Positions 25,801 to 39,023 of a stretch of 64,000 nucleotides of DNA are shown here, piece by piece (positions within the stretch are counted from its first letter, which is position 1; the number at the start of each line of letters is the position of its first letter). Position numbers and translations under genes: made by a program. Where the stretch lies: contig JAPYYK010000086.1 in assembly GCA_028534125.1 (NCBI GenBank), positions 1,550,001 to 1,614,000 of the forward strand, in the 5' to 3' direction. A model generated the notes under the pieces. It saw nothing but the letters and a program-made list of their open reading frames with translations, did no database searches and had not been told where the DNA came from. This DNA is from Lama glama (lineage: Eukaryota).

Positions 25801-26299
25801 GGTCAATTTGATTGCAGTTTTAGTATAATATTGTTCTACTGGAATCTCCTACCTCGCTTCACATGTGGGAAGAATAGAGAGAGAAAAACATCCCTCGGGG
25901 CAAATGTTGGGATGGACGCCAGGCTGAACACACCATTGGTCTGGTCCCTTATGGACTGGTTTTTGATCCTGTAGAAGAATGTATAGTCTAGCTCTAGGGA
26001 GAGCCAGCTGATTGACAGCTCTGGGGGTTCACGGGCTTGGGGTGAGGATGGGTTGAACCAGCACTGCCTTGCGTTAGGTGGGGCGCTTAGCAACACTGCT
26101 ACTATCCCAGGTGGTCCCACACTGTAGCATATGCTCAACCTTTTAGTAAAGGCCACGGTCTCATTTAAAAACAAAATATCCAAAATTTCTATTATGAGCT
26201 TCCTAAATCCCCGTTAAATGAAAATGCAGTATTTTCCTCACTCTTCTTCCAATGGTGACATTTTAAAATACCATTTTCCTATTTCATTTCCTATCTTTA

Positions 26300-26497
26300 G
26301 GGAGGAAACTATGTGCAGTGTGGCAGAAAGGACCCCGTTCAGAATTCAAGAAAACTGGGTTCTCGGCCTTGTTCAACTCAGTTCTGTGACTTGGGGCAAG
26401 TTACGTAGCCTCTCGGGGCCCGTGTGTGCACAGGAAATCTAGGGGTTTTCCTATCTAAGCTTTGAGATCTCTTTTAACTCTCGAATCCTATGATTCA
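26300..26497 (+). mobile_element. MIR3/MIRc-like SINE
   Basis: tRNA-like head, tgtgacttggggcaagttac core, tcctatgattc terminus. Confidence 0.65.
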
Positions 26498-26729
26498 TTT
26501 CTAACGTAAGTTTCTCTTATTTGATGTTTGCTATTTGTTCTGTGGGGTGTTAATTCATTCTTGTAAGCCTCATTTAATTTCTGTTGGATAAGATTTCTAT
26601 TATTGCACTCTGTGATTAGTAGTAACAAGACCCCCTCCCTCCCTGATGGACTCCGCTTGGTTCTTCAGCGTAAACATTATATCATTTATCGTATTCCGGC
26701 AAGTGTTACAAGTATCCGTATGCTTATCA

Positions 26730-27260
26730 CCTGCATCAGCTAGAACAAAAAAAGCCAACTCAAATTGCCCTAAACAATTAAAACAAAAAAAAAAATCTAT
26801 TGACTCATAATTAAAATGAGATTAAGTGTTAGTGCAAATTCGGGCGAGACCTAACCAGGGTTCTCAACCCGTTTCTCTGTGATTTTACTGACTCTACTGA
26901 ACTTTGTTCACAACTTTTCCTACAAATAAGAGCAAGAGGCTGCAGTGGTTATGGGTCCAGACCCAGCTGGGGTTCCCCAGACCCAGCTGGGGCTCTGGGA
27001 AGAATACCCTACTGTCTAGTTTCTGTTTTAGGAACCAGGAAACTTTCCTTGGACCCTCAGAAGACTCCCTTTTGTGTCTCATTGGACTAAACTGGGTCAC
27101 TCAGTCATTCCTGAACCAACCACTGTGGCCAGAGGAATGCTATTTCAGGCTCAGGCCTGGGTGTCTGAACCATTTTGGGGGGGCGGGGGGCACTACCATG
27201 ACAGGCTTAGATCAGAGCCCACCCCCAGAACTGAGTCCAAACCCTCAGCTACATCACGTC
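26730..27260 (-). mobile_element. ERVL-MaLR LTR (MLT1J/K/L-like)
   Basis: ccaactcaaattgccctaaac...tattgactcat; ctcattggactaaactgggtcac...cctgaaccaaccactgtggccagaggaatg. Confidence 0.65.
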
Positions 27261-27551
27261 TTCACAACGTGGAGGAGAGAACGTTGGGGAGTCGGTCATT
27301 CCATCCCGTCTTTTCAACTCAGAGACCACAGAAGCGGATATTGCATTTTCTGACCCTCTGCATGCTGGGTACCCAGTTAATATTTGTCGAATCAAAGAGA
27401 ATTTTAGGTGGTGGTGTAGACATACACCAAGACAGAAAATAACGCCCAGCTCTCTCTGCCTCTTCTTCTCTCCTCGATTCTTGTAATGGCTGAGTTCATC
27501 CTCCCTAACTTTGCCCACTATTTATATTTTACCCTTCTTATTTTTAGCGCT

Positions 27552-27768
27552 NNNNNNNNNNNNNNNNNNNNNNNNNNNNNNNNNNNNNNNNNNNNNNNNN
27601 NNNNNNNNNNNNNNNNNNNNNNNNNNNNNNNNNNNNNNNNNNNNNNNNNNNNNNNNNNNNNNNNNNNNNNNNNNNNNNNNNNNNNNNNNNNNNNNNNNNN
27701 NNNNNNNNNNNNNNNNNNNNNNNNNNNNNNNNNNNNNNNNNNNNNNNNNNNNNNNNNNNNNNNNNNNN
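27552..27768. other. Assembly gap (217 N)
   Basis: N run. Confidence 1.
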
Positions 27769-28188
27769 CAACTTTTTTCATTTCAATGATTTTGATACTT
27801 CCATAGATAGATATTCATCAAATATTACATGAGTCAATAACAAATCAGATCTTACTGATTATAGAATCCTCCGCCACAATATCGAATTTATGACTGACAG
27901 GTCTGCTGCAGGAAAGAGAAGGGGTGTGGGAGGGGGTGGAGATGCTTTTTTAAAAACCATGAAGCACCTGGGTTTATTCAGCCCCTCTCTCCCTTTCCAG
28001 CCCCTCAGGCAGCCTTGCTTCCTCAGGAGGTACACAAGGTACTGTGGCCTGGCAGGGGGTAACACACATAAATGACAGGGAATAATAAGACCCCAGATGG
28101 GTTTAGTAGCATCCCTCTTCCAAAACAAGACTACGGCCGCTGCCTGATCAGATCGGGGCGTCGGGGAGTAGAGGATCCAGGCCACACA

Positions 28189-28520
28189 ATTCAACAACAC
28201 AGTTCAGCCTTTACTGAGCACATGCTCCGCCAGGTTCAACCTTGTAAGATGCAGTCCCTGCTCTTGAGGCGGGGAGGTGGACAAGGAAACAGTTATAATT
28301 CAGCAGGGTAAAGTCAGAGGAAGAGGTAGCACATAAGAGGCACATGGGGAGGACGGCCTCATTGCCTTAACTCCAGGAAGCACCATCCACTTAAAACACA
28401 ACGTGAACGATGCCCCTGTGGTTGTGCAACATGGCGGCCCTGATCCATGCCCCATCCTAGGCTGATCAAGAAAGGCTTCCCAGCAGAAGGGATACTCAAG
28501 CTGAGGTCTGAAGAAAGGAA
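28189..28520 (-). mobile_element. L2 fragments
   Basis: attcaacaa...tttactgagcacatgct; cagtccctgctctt; aggcttcccagcagaagggatactcaagctgaggtctgaag. Confidence 0.55.
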
Positions 28521-31104
28521 GGGGAGATTATTTGGATAATTCACACTCGGTTCAGGAGGGTGCATTCACACACATACTTTAAACATCACCCAGCCCATAA
28601 AGAGAAGCGTGGACACACGTCCTCGGGGGAGGAGACGGGAAAGGAGCACTCCCGTCTTTGCCCTCTCTTGTTGTTGGGTGAGAAGGATGAGGTTATGGGG
28701 TGGTGGGATGCATATGAGCCTTGGGTCTTTGGGAAGCTTGCTGGTCCTTAATCAACAGTCATCTTTCTGAGTCCTTGCACATCTGCTAACACCGGAGAGT
28801 TTAGGAGAAAATGAGTCTAAACTCAGGGCATGTCTTGGAGTATCTTGAGACAGACTGTCACTGTGAACAAAAAAGGAATGTTTATGAAGTTCCCCTTGTT
28901 TGTGAAGTTTTACTGAGCTTGTGCTTGGCAACCCACACAACCCATAAAATAATAAAAAGAAATGGATTAGTAAATATTAAAATAATCCTACTTGCCAGAT
29001 ATGTGAACTTTGAGAAACTCACTACATAATTCAAGAACCCAATTCAGCGTCAGTTTTCACAGAAGCAGTCAGATTTAAGCAAAATCAAATAAGTGGAACA
29101 GCGTTCAGTGTGCACTGATGGACGTCTTGCATAAACTCAACTTGACAGATGTGAAAAGAGATCGTAAAAACATTGGCATTTTAAAAATGTGTTATTGACG
29201 TCATTTTTGAAGCCAAACATTGCAATGCCGTATCGTTATTAGGAAATCTGGAATCAGATGAAATTTGATCACTGGTTGTTATCACGTTGGTGACATCATT
29301 CACAGTCCTGCTCATATCTCTTTGGATTTTGAAAATGGAACTGCCGGAGCAGGGTTCTCAGGAGGCACACTTAAAAAGATAAATTATGGACTATGGAGTC
29401 ATTTTGGGAACCATTTGTGAGATAAGTGCTGATCGTTCCAGAAGCACCCCTAGAGAAAGGACAATTTTTATGGAATAAATTATGTCCCTGGATGAGAGCC
29501 TCCCCCAGTATTCATTAGAACTTCCAAGAGACTGGGCAAAGGTAGTATTTTTGGTTGAGAGTGTCAGAGTTATGTCCTTTGGGCTCTCAGAAGTTCATTT
29601 TGGTTTCTACTTGTCTGTCTTTGTAACGGTGTGATTCTGAAGGGGAGATTCTGGGGTCTCCACTCTTCGCACACCACTGTAGATGTTGCAACTTGTGTAT
29701 AATGTCTGGGTAATATTCTTCACTCCAAACTTTGTGCCTAAGCAAACCATTCTAATTCCAACTACAAGCTTACATGAGCTTGGTCGTGATCCCGCGGCAT
29801 CTAGGCTAGTCGTGAACCACAGGAGACTTTAGGACGAACACGAGTTTCTCATTTATCCCTGGTCATTTTACCTTTTACAAGACAGGACTACTTCCAAATC
29901 TTTACTTTTGCAGGACGAGCTTGTTTTTGAGGTAGATCAATGCCTTTTGCTTACATTTACACAGGGCATTCACTGCAGATGTGCAGATGTACTTGAACTT
30001 CAAGCCATCAATAAGTATAAAAATCCCATCACTGCCCCTTTTTAATTCATATCCATCAACTCTCTGGTTAGGCACTCTGTTCTTATATAACCGAAGACAC
30101 AGACAGTTAAACTTTTTATAACAAAAGCCAAACTTGTTTGTTAGGTTTGCAAGATGACTTTGTTGTTAAGTAACAATCACTGGTGAAGTTTACGCCAGAA
30201 TATCAACCTTGAAAGGTCATTATTTGAGACATTCATGCTAGCACTGACTACCTCTGCTATTATTTACATTAGACTGACAGCGTTTTATAAATGGAGGGGG
30301 CCGTAGTGATCATCAGGGCATCGGAGGGGAAATTCCTTCAAAGCAGAATGAAAAAAATAGCCTGAAGAGAAGGTGCTCATAAAAGCACTAGGTCTGTATG
30401 GTTTTCTGCAGCCACTCATCTGAATCAGACAAAAGCATTTTTTTGTTTTGCATTTGTGTGCCTTTTAAACTACCTTTTGAAGTAAAACATGTACTGAAAG
30501 CTCCACATTCTAAGATTACGGCAAAACTTAGAAATGAATGGAAAATTTTAGCAGATCATCTCCTTAACTAGGTCCCTTTATCTCTCTCCACGGCTGGGCT
30601 CTTGCTGGATATCCACAGAGGAAATGTGAGCAATTACCAAGATTTTTACTCAAAAGTCTGATGACAATTTTTTTGTATTGTAGATGTGACCATATGTATG
30701 CTGAAACAACTAAGATATTTAAATTCAGTTAGAGAATAATGAGTTCCAGTCTGTCTCCTTGGTATCAAGAGTCAAAATCTATTGAAGAGATAAGGCTGGC
30801 ATTTAAACTTACATGCCTGAGGGTGCCCACACGTGCACGCGTACAAATGCACAAAACCTGCTGGAGACACGGTAGCACCTCCGGGGAAGGTTCAGAAAAT
30901 GTGTCTGGTCTGAGACAGAATTTGCAAATAAATAAATAAATAGTGATGAAATAACAACAACAACAATAATAATACTAATTAGATCTTTCGACCTGGTCAG
31001 GATTCTGACATCGACTCAAGAGAAAATCTTTATTTGATCCTTTACTTTCTTTACTTTCCCTACAGGTTCTTATAATTCCTTAAGGAACTGATTACCAGAT
31101 CAGG

Positions 31105-31551
31105 GATACCAAACGCATCAGTTTGCTTAAATTACAGAAATTTATTCTCTTACAGTTCTCGAGGCTGTAAGTCCCAGATCAAGGTGTTGGCCGGGATGGT
31201 TCCTTCTAAAAGGTAATGGGGAAAATTTGTTCCAGGTCTCTCTCCTAGCTTCTGGAGGTTTGCTGGCAATCTTTGATGTTCCTTGGCTGACAGATTTATC
31301 GCCTCCTTCTCTGCCTTCCTCTTCACATGGTATTCTCCCTGCATGTGTGTCTCAGTGTCCACATTTTTCCTTTTTAAGAAAACANNNNNNNNNNNNNNNN
31401 NNNNNNNNNNNNNNNNNNNNNNNNNNNNNNNNNNNNNNNNNNNNNNNNNNNNNNNNNNNNNNNNNNNNNNNNNNNNNNNNNNNNNNNNNNNNNNNNNNNN
31501 NNNNNNNNNNNNNNNNNNNNNNNNNNNNNNNGGAAGATGATTCAACTCACA
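31105..31551 (-). mobile_element. ERVL-MaLR LTR (MLT1C-like), spanning the gap
   Basis: cagaaatttattctcttacagttctcgaggctgtaagtcccagatcaaggtgttggc ... ctctctcctagcttctggaggtttgctggcaatcttt; the terminus-like gattcaactcaca follows the gap. Confidence 0.85.
31385..31531. other. Assembly gap (147 N)
   Basis: N run. Confidence 1.
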
Positions 31552-31692
31552 GGCCAGAGAAAAAGTAACTTAGCTGCCCAACAATTTTCTTGGGTCATGG
31601 AGAACAAAAGGAAACAAAAATAGAATTAAACATAATAATAAAATCAAAAGTGCACTCATCAAAACTAATACCCTGATTCACAAGAAGACATT

Positions 31693-31926
31693 GGAGGGGT
31701 GGGTGGGAAGGGACAGACAGGGATTTCAAAATGTAGAATAGATAAACAAGATTACACTGTACAGCACAGGGAAATATATACAAGATCTTATGGTAGCTCA
31801 CAGAGAAAAAAATGTGACAATGAATATATATATGTTCACGTATAACTGAAAAATTGTGCTTTACACTGGAATTTGACACAACATTGTAAAATGGCTAGAA
31901 CTCAATAAAAATGTTAAAAAAAAAAA
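31693..31926 (+). mobile_element. Young camelid-type L1 3' end, 5'-truncated
   Basis: L1 3' UTR ending in AATAAA and poly-A; perfect 11-bp TSD aagaagacatt (31682-31692 and 31927-31937). Confidence 0.9.
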
Positions 31927-32081
31927 AAGAAGACATTAAGTATCTATGGAGTAGTTATTCCCTAATCATGGGATTAATTGAAATTCCCAAGTGTTTCCAT
32001 TTTTGAGAGAAATGAAAGCTCCCACATTGTACATCTATAAAGGTGATCTAATCTTTTTCACTAAGTGAAATGGAGTAAGAC

Positions 32082-32240
32082 TATAGAATCATGAATCATG
32101 AGAGCCGTAGGGAACCCTAAAGACCATTTGGAGTCACGGAAGAAGAAACTGGAGCCCAGAGACGTTCAATGAGCTCAGGTCACACGGCTAGTTAGTGGCG
32201 GATTAGAGACTGAAACTTTGATCCCTGATTTTGCTTTCCA
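32082..32240 (-). mobile_element. MIR3-like SINE
   Basis: atagaatcat...gaagaaactggagcccagagac...ggtcacacggctagttagtggc. Confidence 0.65.
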
Positions 32241-32489
32241 ATGCAACGACCTTTCCATCGACCCCAGAGTAAGGAGCCGATCATGTCCTACTCCGCCAAG
32301 TTATGTAGACTGTCACATGGTCTTTTGCATGCTTGCTACTAAAATTTCTATTTGTAACTAAAAGTTGTCTGAATCACTAGTTGGAATTGAGACATATACG
32401 GAAGAAAAGAAGCAAATGGATTTCCACCCCCTCTCCTCCGCATCCAAGTCTTTGACACTCTCTCATGGTTAAAGGAGTAACTAATTCAG

Positions 32490-33470
32490 AGCTTAAAGGG
32501 GAAAATGTACCTTTTTCAAAGGAGGGTTCTAATGCACATCACTTAAAACAAGTAATCAAATTTAATATCACTAAGAGGGGAACAACTTGATGTCATATTT
32601 CTTCTGATAGGATGCAATACATATATAAATCACTCACTAAATGCTGTCCCAAAGATAAGCCGGATCTAATCAAAACTTTAGGATCAACCTCTAAATTTAC
32701 AGAAAATACCAGGAATAAAAGAACAGAGTAAGCAATACCATGAGGAGACAATCAGACAAGGCTAGCACGTGGGTCCTTTTAAAAGTCAACTAGCTTAGTC
32801 TCTTCAAAAAGTCAATATTACGTAAATAAAAAAAGATATGGGAACTATTTTAGATAAAAGAGACTTAAGAGCAATAGCCAAAATGCAATGTGTAGACTTG
32901 GATTAGTTAAGGGGAAAAAAGACCCTAAAAAGAACATTGTGGGAGTGATAAATTGGGAATTTAGGATTAACAGATACACTACTATATATAAAATAGATAA
33001 ACAACAAGGTCCTATTGCACAGCACAGGGAACTATATTCAATATCTCACAATAACCTATAATGGAAAAGAATCTGAAAAATAATATATACATATATAACT
33101 GAATCACTTTGCTGTACACCTGAAACACTGTAAATCAACCATACTTCAATAAAAATTAATCAATTAATCAAAAATAAAATATAAAAGACATTTGAGGGAC
33201 AAATTTTAAAAACTGAATATGGATCAAATAGTTGGTGATATTTAGGAATAAACTGTTAAATTTCTGTGTGACAGTAATGTGGTTAAGTGAAACGTCCAGA
33301 AATCAGCAACTTACTTTCACATGATCCAGCAAAAAATAAATTTATCATCAGAGATAAAGCTAGCAAAATGTTAACAACTGATTAATCTAGGTAATTATTA
33401 TTTGAGTTACCTTGCACAATTCTTTCAACTCTTCTGTGTGTTTGAAATTTAGAAAGTTAGAAGAAATAAG
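32490..33470 (+). mobile_element. Old L1 3' UTR (L1ME3/L1MC4-like), interrupted by a younger L1
   Basis: agggggaaaatgtacc, caagtaatcaaatttaatatcac, aaaagagacttaagag, aaatgcaatgtgtagacttggatt, gcaaaatgttaacaa. Confidence 0.7.
32940..33180 (+). mobile_element. Cetartiodactyl L1 3' end nested in the older L1
   Basis: aaattgggaatttaggattaacagatacactactatatataaaatagataaacaacaagg...ataactgaatcactttgctgtacacctgaaac...caataaaa; approximate TSD taaaa(a)ga(a)catt. Confidence 0.85.
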
Positions 33471-33879
33471 GTTTTTTTTGTTTTAAGTATTTCCATAACA
33501 AAAGTAAGAAAATGAGGTGAATGAAAATTAGACCCTATATTCTTCAATCGTTTTTATTGTACCCTACACAATAGTAGGGATTAAATGAATAATAAAGATT
33601 AAATAAATGTTTGCTGATTTTGAATTCATATGACCAATACTGCTGACAGAGAGGACTGATTAAGTGAATGATGGTACAACCATACAATGAAAAACTAAGC
33701 AACCATTTTTTTAAATAAAAAAATTATTTAAGTACTAATTTACAAAGATCTCCAAGATATATTGTCAGGTGAAAAATGCAGGGTGAAGAACAATGGCTAA
33801 CAGTTATGTTAATATATTTTCTAATACATGAATAAACCATCCTTGGAGGACCACACAAAAACCTTCATGCTGCGTCTTT

Positions 33880-34900
33880 GAAAAACCCACAGCTAACACC
33901 AGACTAAATGGTGAGAGAAAACTTTCCTCTGAAGATCAGGAAAAAGACAAGGATGTACAGTTTTCAATGCTTCTGTTCAACATTGTCCTGGAAACTCTAA
34001 CTAGTGCAATTAGGCATGGAAAAGAAAGAGAAGATTCAGACTGGAAAAGAGAAAGTAAAATTATCTCTCTTTGCAGATAACATGATCTTAAATATTGAAA
34101 CAACAACCAAAAACAAAACAAAAAAACCCACCAAATACATCTAGAAGAGCTAATATTAAAATTCAGCAAAGTTGCAGAATGCAAGGTCAATATACAAAAA
34201 TCAGTTGCATTTCCATACACTAGCAATGAACATCCACTAGGAAGGCAATAAGAAAAACAACACTAGAAACAGAAAGGAAGGAGCATTAGTGAGGATACAG
34301 AGAAACTGGAACCTTCGTACATCACTGGTGGGAACGTGATGGAAAATACCTTAGCAGTTCCTCAGAAAGTTAAGTTACCATCAGTGGAGGGTTACCATTG
34401 AGCCAGCAATTCCACTCCTAGGAATACTTGTCCACACTTNNNNNNNNNNNNNNNNNNNNNNNNNNNNNNNNNNNNNNNNNNNNNNNNNNNNNNNNNNNNN
34501 NNNNNNNNNNNNNNNNNNNNNNNNNNNNNNNNNNNNNNNNNNNNNNNNNNNNNNNNNNNNNNNNNNNNNNNNNAATGAAGTTGTGCTAAGTGAGAGAAGC
34601 CAAAAACACAGGTTGCCACATATTGTATGATCCTATTTATATGAAATGTCCAGTGCTGGTGAATCCCAAAGACAGAAAGTAGATGGTGGTTGCCAGAGAC
34701 TAGGTTATGTGGAATTGGGAGGTGTAAAAAGTTTCACTTTGACGTGATGGGGTATTCTGGGGTTAGACTGGGTGGATGTTTGCAAGACAATGTGACTATA
34801 CTAGAAACCATTGAATTAATATACTTAAAGATGGTTAAAATGATGAATTTTATGTTTTATATGAGTATGTTTTACTTCAATTAAAATTTAAAAAAAAATA
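33880..34900 (+). mobile_element. L1MB-like element: reverse-transcriptase (RT) remnant joined to the 3' end
   Basis: Encodes KPTAN...LFNIVLE...KLSLFADNMI (34061-34087, equivalent of the L1 RT FADD motif), then L1MB-type 3' UTR and A-tail. Appears inserted in older L1ME-like sequence (about 33665-35040). Confidence 0.85.
34440..34573. other. Assembly gap (134 N)
   Basis: N run. Confidence 1.
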
Positions 34901-35004
34901 CATTGGGCTCCAGAGAAGGGACCTGAATGAAGGGGCATTAGTGAGACACTTTCACTATGTGTACTCCTGCCCCTTCTGAATTTTGTATGACATCCATTTG
35001 TAAA

Positions 35005-35023
35005 ACACACACACACACACACA
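35005..35023. repeat. (AC)n microsatellite
   Basis: Visible directly in the sequence. Confidence 0.9.
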
Positions 35024-35992
35024 ATTCAAAGATTAAAAAAAATAAACTTCTAGGTTTCAACTTTTACTGATGAAAAGTAATAAATTCCAGATCTGGGGAT
35101 GAATGGATCATTAGACCAGATTTTAAAACTGCCAACTCTGAGAGCCTTTTAAAAGTAGGCTATCTTCTCCTATGTCTAATCAGGCAAGACTGTCCCTGAC
35201 TATGGATCAAGTCACCTCTCAAAGCCCCAAAGTATAGAAGATCAATACTTTTGAGCGATGAGACTGGTGGTTTCGTTTCCTTCCTCAGTCAATAACAGAA
35301 AGATAGTAACACATTATAAAGTTAACCCTATTCATCTCTGCCGTGTACCAGGCTGCCTCCATGGGCTCCCATTCATTCCTCAGCTGAACTGGACTGGATT
35401 CTGCGTGTGTGTGTGTGATTTTCAGAGTCACTAAGAAACTGGATGAAAATATAGACAACTAGACCCACCAAATCAGAATCTCAGCGTCCCTGTGGGCAGG
35501 ACCCAAGAATGGATATTTTAAACCACTGTCCTAGTAAAAGAGAAGTGCAGTATGAGGAGCAGGTGACAGGAGGTCAGAGGTGGGAGGCACCTCAATTGGT
35601 TTCCAAATACCTAAAGCTTCTACTTCTAGGTCAAGGAGTCAGCCATTTACAAGGCGGCTGCTTCCCAGAACCCTGCCTGCCTTGGGGCTTAAATTCCTTC
35701 ATTGGAAGGTGCCATTCCTTCCGGTTAGGGCAAGGGAAAAACATTATGCAAATATCAGTGACTAAGGTCTTAGTATGAATTAAAGTATGAGTTTGTTTTC
35801 AAACCTGTTAACTGACTGTAAGGCTCATAAAGGCCAGACCACAGCAGGTCACAAGTTTCAGTGTTGGGTAAGACGGGGATGGAGTCAGCAAAGTGTCACC
35901 AATTTAAGTGGCAAGCCAGAGGGACACTCCTGAGTGTGCGTGGGGTGTGAGGGGGGGGTGGCAGAGGGGACATCAGAGAGAGGTGGAAGGAA

Positions 35993-36393
35993 TATTAGTT
36001 ATACATTCTCTGCGTAACAAACCACCCTAAAACTTGGTGGCTTAAAACAACGGTTTACTATTTCTCACGACTCTGTGGGTCACACTGGTCTCACCCAAGC
36101 TCACTCATGTGGCTGCGGTCAGCAGGCGGGTCAGCTGGGGCATGACTGGGCCTCTCTCCTCTCCCGGTCTCTCATTCTGGGATTCTTCATCATGTGGTGG
36201 TCACAGGGCAGTGTTCCAAGAGGCAAAGGCAGAACCCAGCAGGAAGCCCTCTCGAGGCTCCTGAACTTCTGGTATGTTCTCTTGGTCAGTGAATGTGCCA
36301 GTCCCAGCCCAGACTCAAGGTGTGAGAAACAGACCCTACCTTTTGATGCAAGGAGCTATAAAATATCTTTGCCATGTTTTTCAATCTACCACA
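35993..36393 (-). mobile_element. ERVL-MaLR solo LTR (MLT1F/G/H-like)
   Basis: tattagttat...gcgtaacaaaccaccctaaaacttggtggcttaaaacaac at one end and ttttcaatctaccaca at the other. Confidence 0.85.
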
Positions 36394-36495
36394 GGAGGCA
36401 TCGTGAGGACCCTAGATGTCCAGAGAAGAGGCTTCAAAGTTGAGGAGGGGAAGCGAGGGAAGATTGCTAAGAGGAGGTTCAAAGACGTGAAGGTG

Positions 36496-36637
36496 GCGGG
36501 AGGGGACAGCTCAGCGGTAGAGCCCATGCTTAGCCTGCACAAGGTCCTGGGTTCAATCCCCAGTACCCCCATTAAAAACAAACAAACAAACCTAATTACA
36601 TCCCCCCAAAAAATAAAATAAAATTAGAGTATAAAAA
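36496..36637 (+). mobile_element. Camelid tRNA-Ala-derived SINE (Vic-1-like)
   Basis: tRNA head and A-tail; 15-bp TSD aaaga(cg/ta)tgaaggtg (36481-36495 and 36638-36652). Confidence 0.92.
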
Positions 36638-37004
36638 AAAGATATGAAGGTGAACATTGCCTAATTCAAATCTTTCCCTTGGACTTGCCAACTACATCCC
36701 TCCTTAAATTCAAAGGCAGGAAGTCAGACAATACATGTCTCTGCCTTTTCTTAAATCTATAAAAGTAGTTTCCATCTACCAGTAAGGAAATTTGAGCTTT
36801 TCTCAACTCCAAACTGATTAAAGTCATATAAAGTTTAGAACTCAAGCGCAAGCAGAGACTGCTAGCTGGTCAGGAATGGGGCGGCCTCCTAGAGAGCCGA
36901 AGCATATGCACTTACTCACGTTCATGATTTTGGCTCCATGTTCACAGCATTGTACTTTTCACATATTCTCTTCTGTGACAAAGGTACCAGTCCGAGTCCC
37001 AGTT

Positions 37005-37128
37005 CATTGAAAACAGGGCTGAGAGAAGCTAAGAGAGTTGTTCAAGGTCACCTGAGCTAGCGACGGCAGAGCCAGCGTTCAAACCCAGGTGGGCTGACCC
37101 AGCTCCCACCCTTCTAACTGCTGCACCG
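37005..37128 (-). mobile_element. MIR SINE
   Basis: ttcaaggtcacctgagctagcgacggcagagccagcgttcaaacccagg. Confidence 0.75.
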
Positions 37129-38134
37129 TCCAGCATTTTATAACTGTTTGCTGTCAGTGATGATCATGTGGATGGTGGATGGCGACAATGGCTTTGTTCC
37201 TTCAAAAACCAAGATTCACAATGGTTCTCATTCTGCTTCTTGAAAAGAAATGATGGTGTAAAGAGGGAAAAAAAAAACCATCCAAAGAAATCAACACTAT
37301 ACAAACTACTCCCAACGGGCATTTTCCATGGAGATAAAGAAAGCACCTGTGGAGGGCTTCCTAGCTGGCGTGGCTGTTCTAGGGGCTTTCATATGTCACT
37401 CTCCTTAAGGGAGATACTGTCCTCAGGGTATCGACGAGAAAAGAGGGAAAACAGGTAATTAGACTTACCTAGGGTCACACCCCAGGGTTTCATTCTTGGG
37501 TTCTTCCTAAAGTGCTATTTTCCAAAAGGACTTTTGGAACATAGCTTTCTTTTCCTAACCAAACCCTGTAAACAAAAACTGATTTGAAGATTTTTTTCGG
37601 AAATGGCCAAGCACAGGATTTCGGCAAACACAGGCCAAGTTATCTTGGGGAAGGCTTTCCCCTCCCATCACATCTGTCAGAAACTTTGCACCATTTGAGG
37701 AACAAAAGCTTCTCTGAAAGCTGAAAAATTCAATTTCCCAAATCCTCCCATGGCACTGAAAGTGAAATGGCCAGTGGTAATCTTTGAGACAACCAGTTTA
37801 CTTGGGGACAGACGGAACAGTTCAGGGAACAGAAACTATTTCCGATCCTAAGTCCTAGTAGGAAAGGCTGAAGCAAGTATGAATCGCACAGTTATTAGGA
37901 AAAACTTAGATAATTCTGGTTTTTAAAAAGGTGGCTTTGGAGACTTTAACTCCCTTTAAAACAGAGAGACTGGGAGCCTTTCAAAATGTAATTGTCATGG
38001 ATAAAACAAGGCATATCAGCAATATTAGCACAGATTTTCCTTCCCACGCTTCTCAATTAAAAGGTTTCAATATCAGTATCTTTTATCTCTCAGCAAGCAT
38101 TAAGTATCAGACGCTGCCCAAGCTGCTGGTCACG

Positions 38135-38710
38135 TATGTTCTACATAGCCTACAATTCACCCATATCAAGTGTATAATTCAGTGCTTTTTAGTTAGTTTA
38201 CCAAGTGGTGCAACCATCAGCGTAAGTCAATTAAAGATTACTTTCATCCCTTCTAAGAAGATCCCTTATGCCCTCTTACAGTTGACCTCTGTTCCCGGTC
38301 CTAATCTCAGGTAGCCACTAATTTAGTTTCTGTCTATAAGTTTGCCTTTCCTGGCTATGTCATGTACATACCACACATGCATGCATGTATGTGGCTCCTT
38401 TGACTTAGCCTCATGTTTCTGAGGGTGAGCCATGATGTAGCATGTATCAGTAGCTTGTCCCTTTTTGGTGCTGGAGAGTGTGCCCCTGCCACACTGTCTG
38501 TCCATTCATCACTTGATGGGCAGTTAGGTTGTTTCCAGCTGGGGGCTATTACCAATAAAGCGTTCTTCTATAAACGTTCACATGGGAGTCTTTGTGTGAA
38601 CACGTTTCCCTTTCTCGTGGGTGGATACCTAGGAGTAAAATTGCTGGTCACACGGTAGTTTTATGTTTAACTTTTTGAAACACTGCCAAACTATTTTCCA
38701 AAGTGGTGCG
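38135..38710 (-). mobile_element. L1MB-like 3' end
   Basis: aattcacccatatcaagtgtataattcagtg ... atacctaggagtaaaattgctgg...tgtttaactttttgaaacactgccaaact. Confidence 0.85.
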
Positions 38711-39023
38711 GCTGATTTCTGAGCTGAGGAAGATCACTTGCTCAGAACTGGTCTGAAACCCAACTGCTGCTCCCTACACACCCCCAACCAGAAGCACTGG
38801 CCTGCACTTCCGCAGGCTCCCGTCTGGATTACAGGTGTGAGGAGAGGTTTAGGGACAGAACTGCTAAACAGAACCCTAAACAGTCACCATTGCAGCTTCC
38901 CCTGGGTGGAAAGGCTCTCTCCAGGGAGACTTTCTAAGCAAAGTCATAATGGGCATGAAAGTCAAAAGGAACAGAAAACAATTCCCAAATAAGGCAGCCT
39001 GTAGCAACTGTCTACTGTTTAAT

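Noticed and set aside
27486-27806. ORFs containing X runs (also near 9.7, 31.2, 34.4 and 54.7 kb)
   Set aside because: Artefacts of translating through N gaps.
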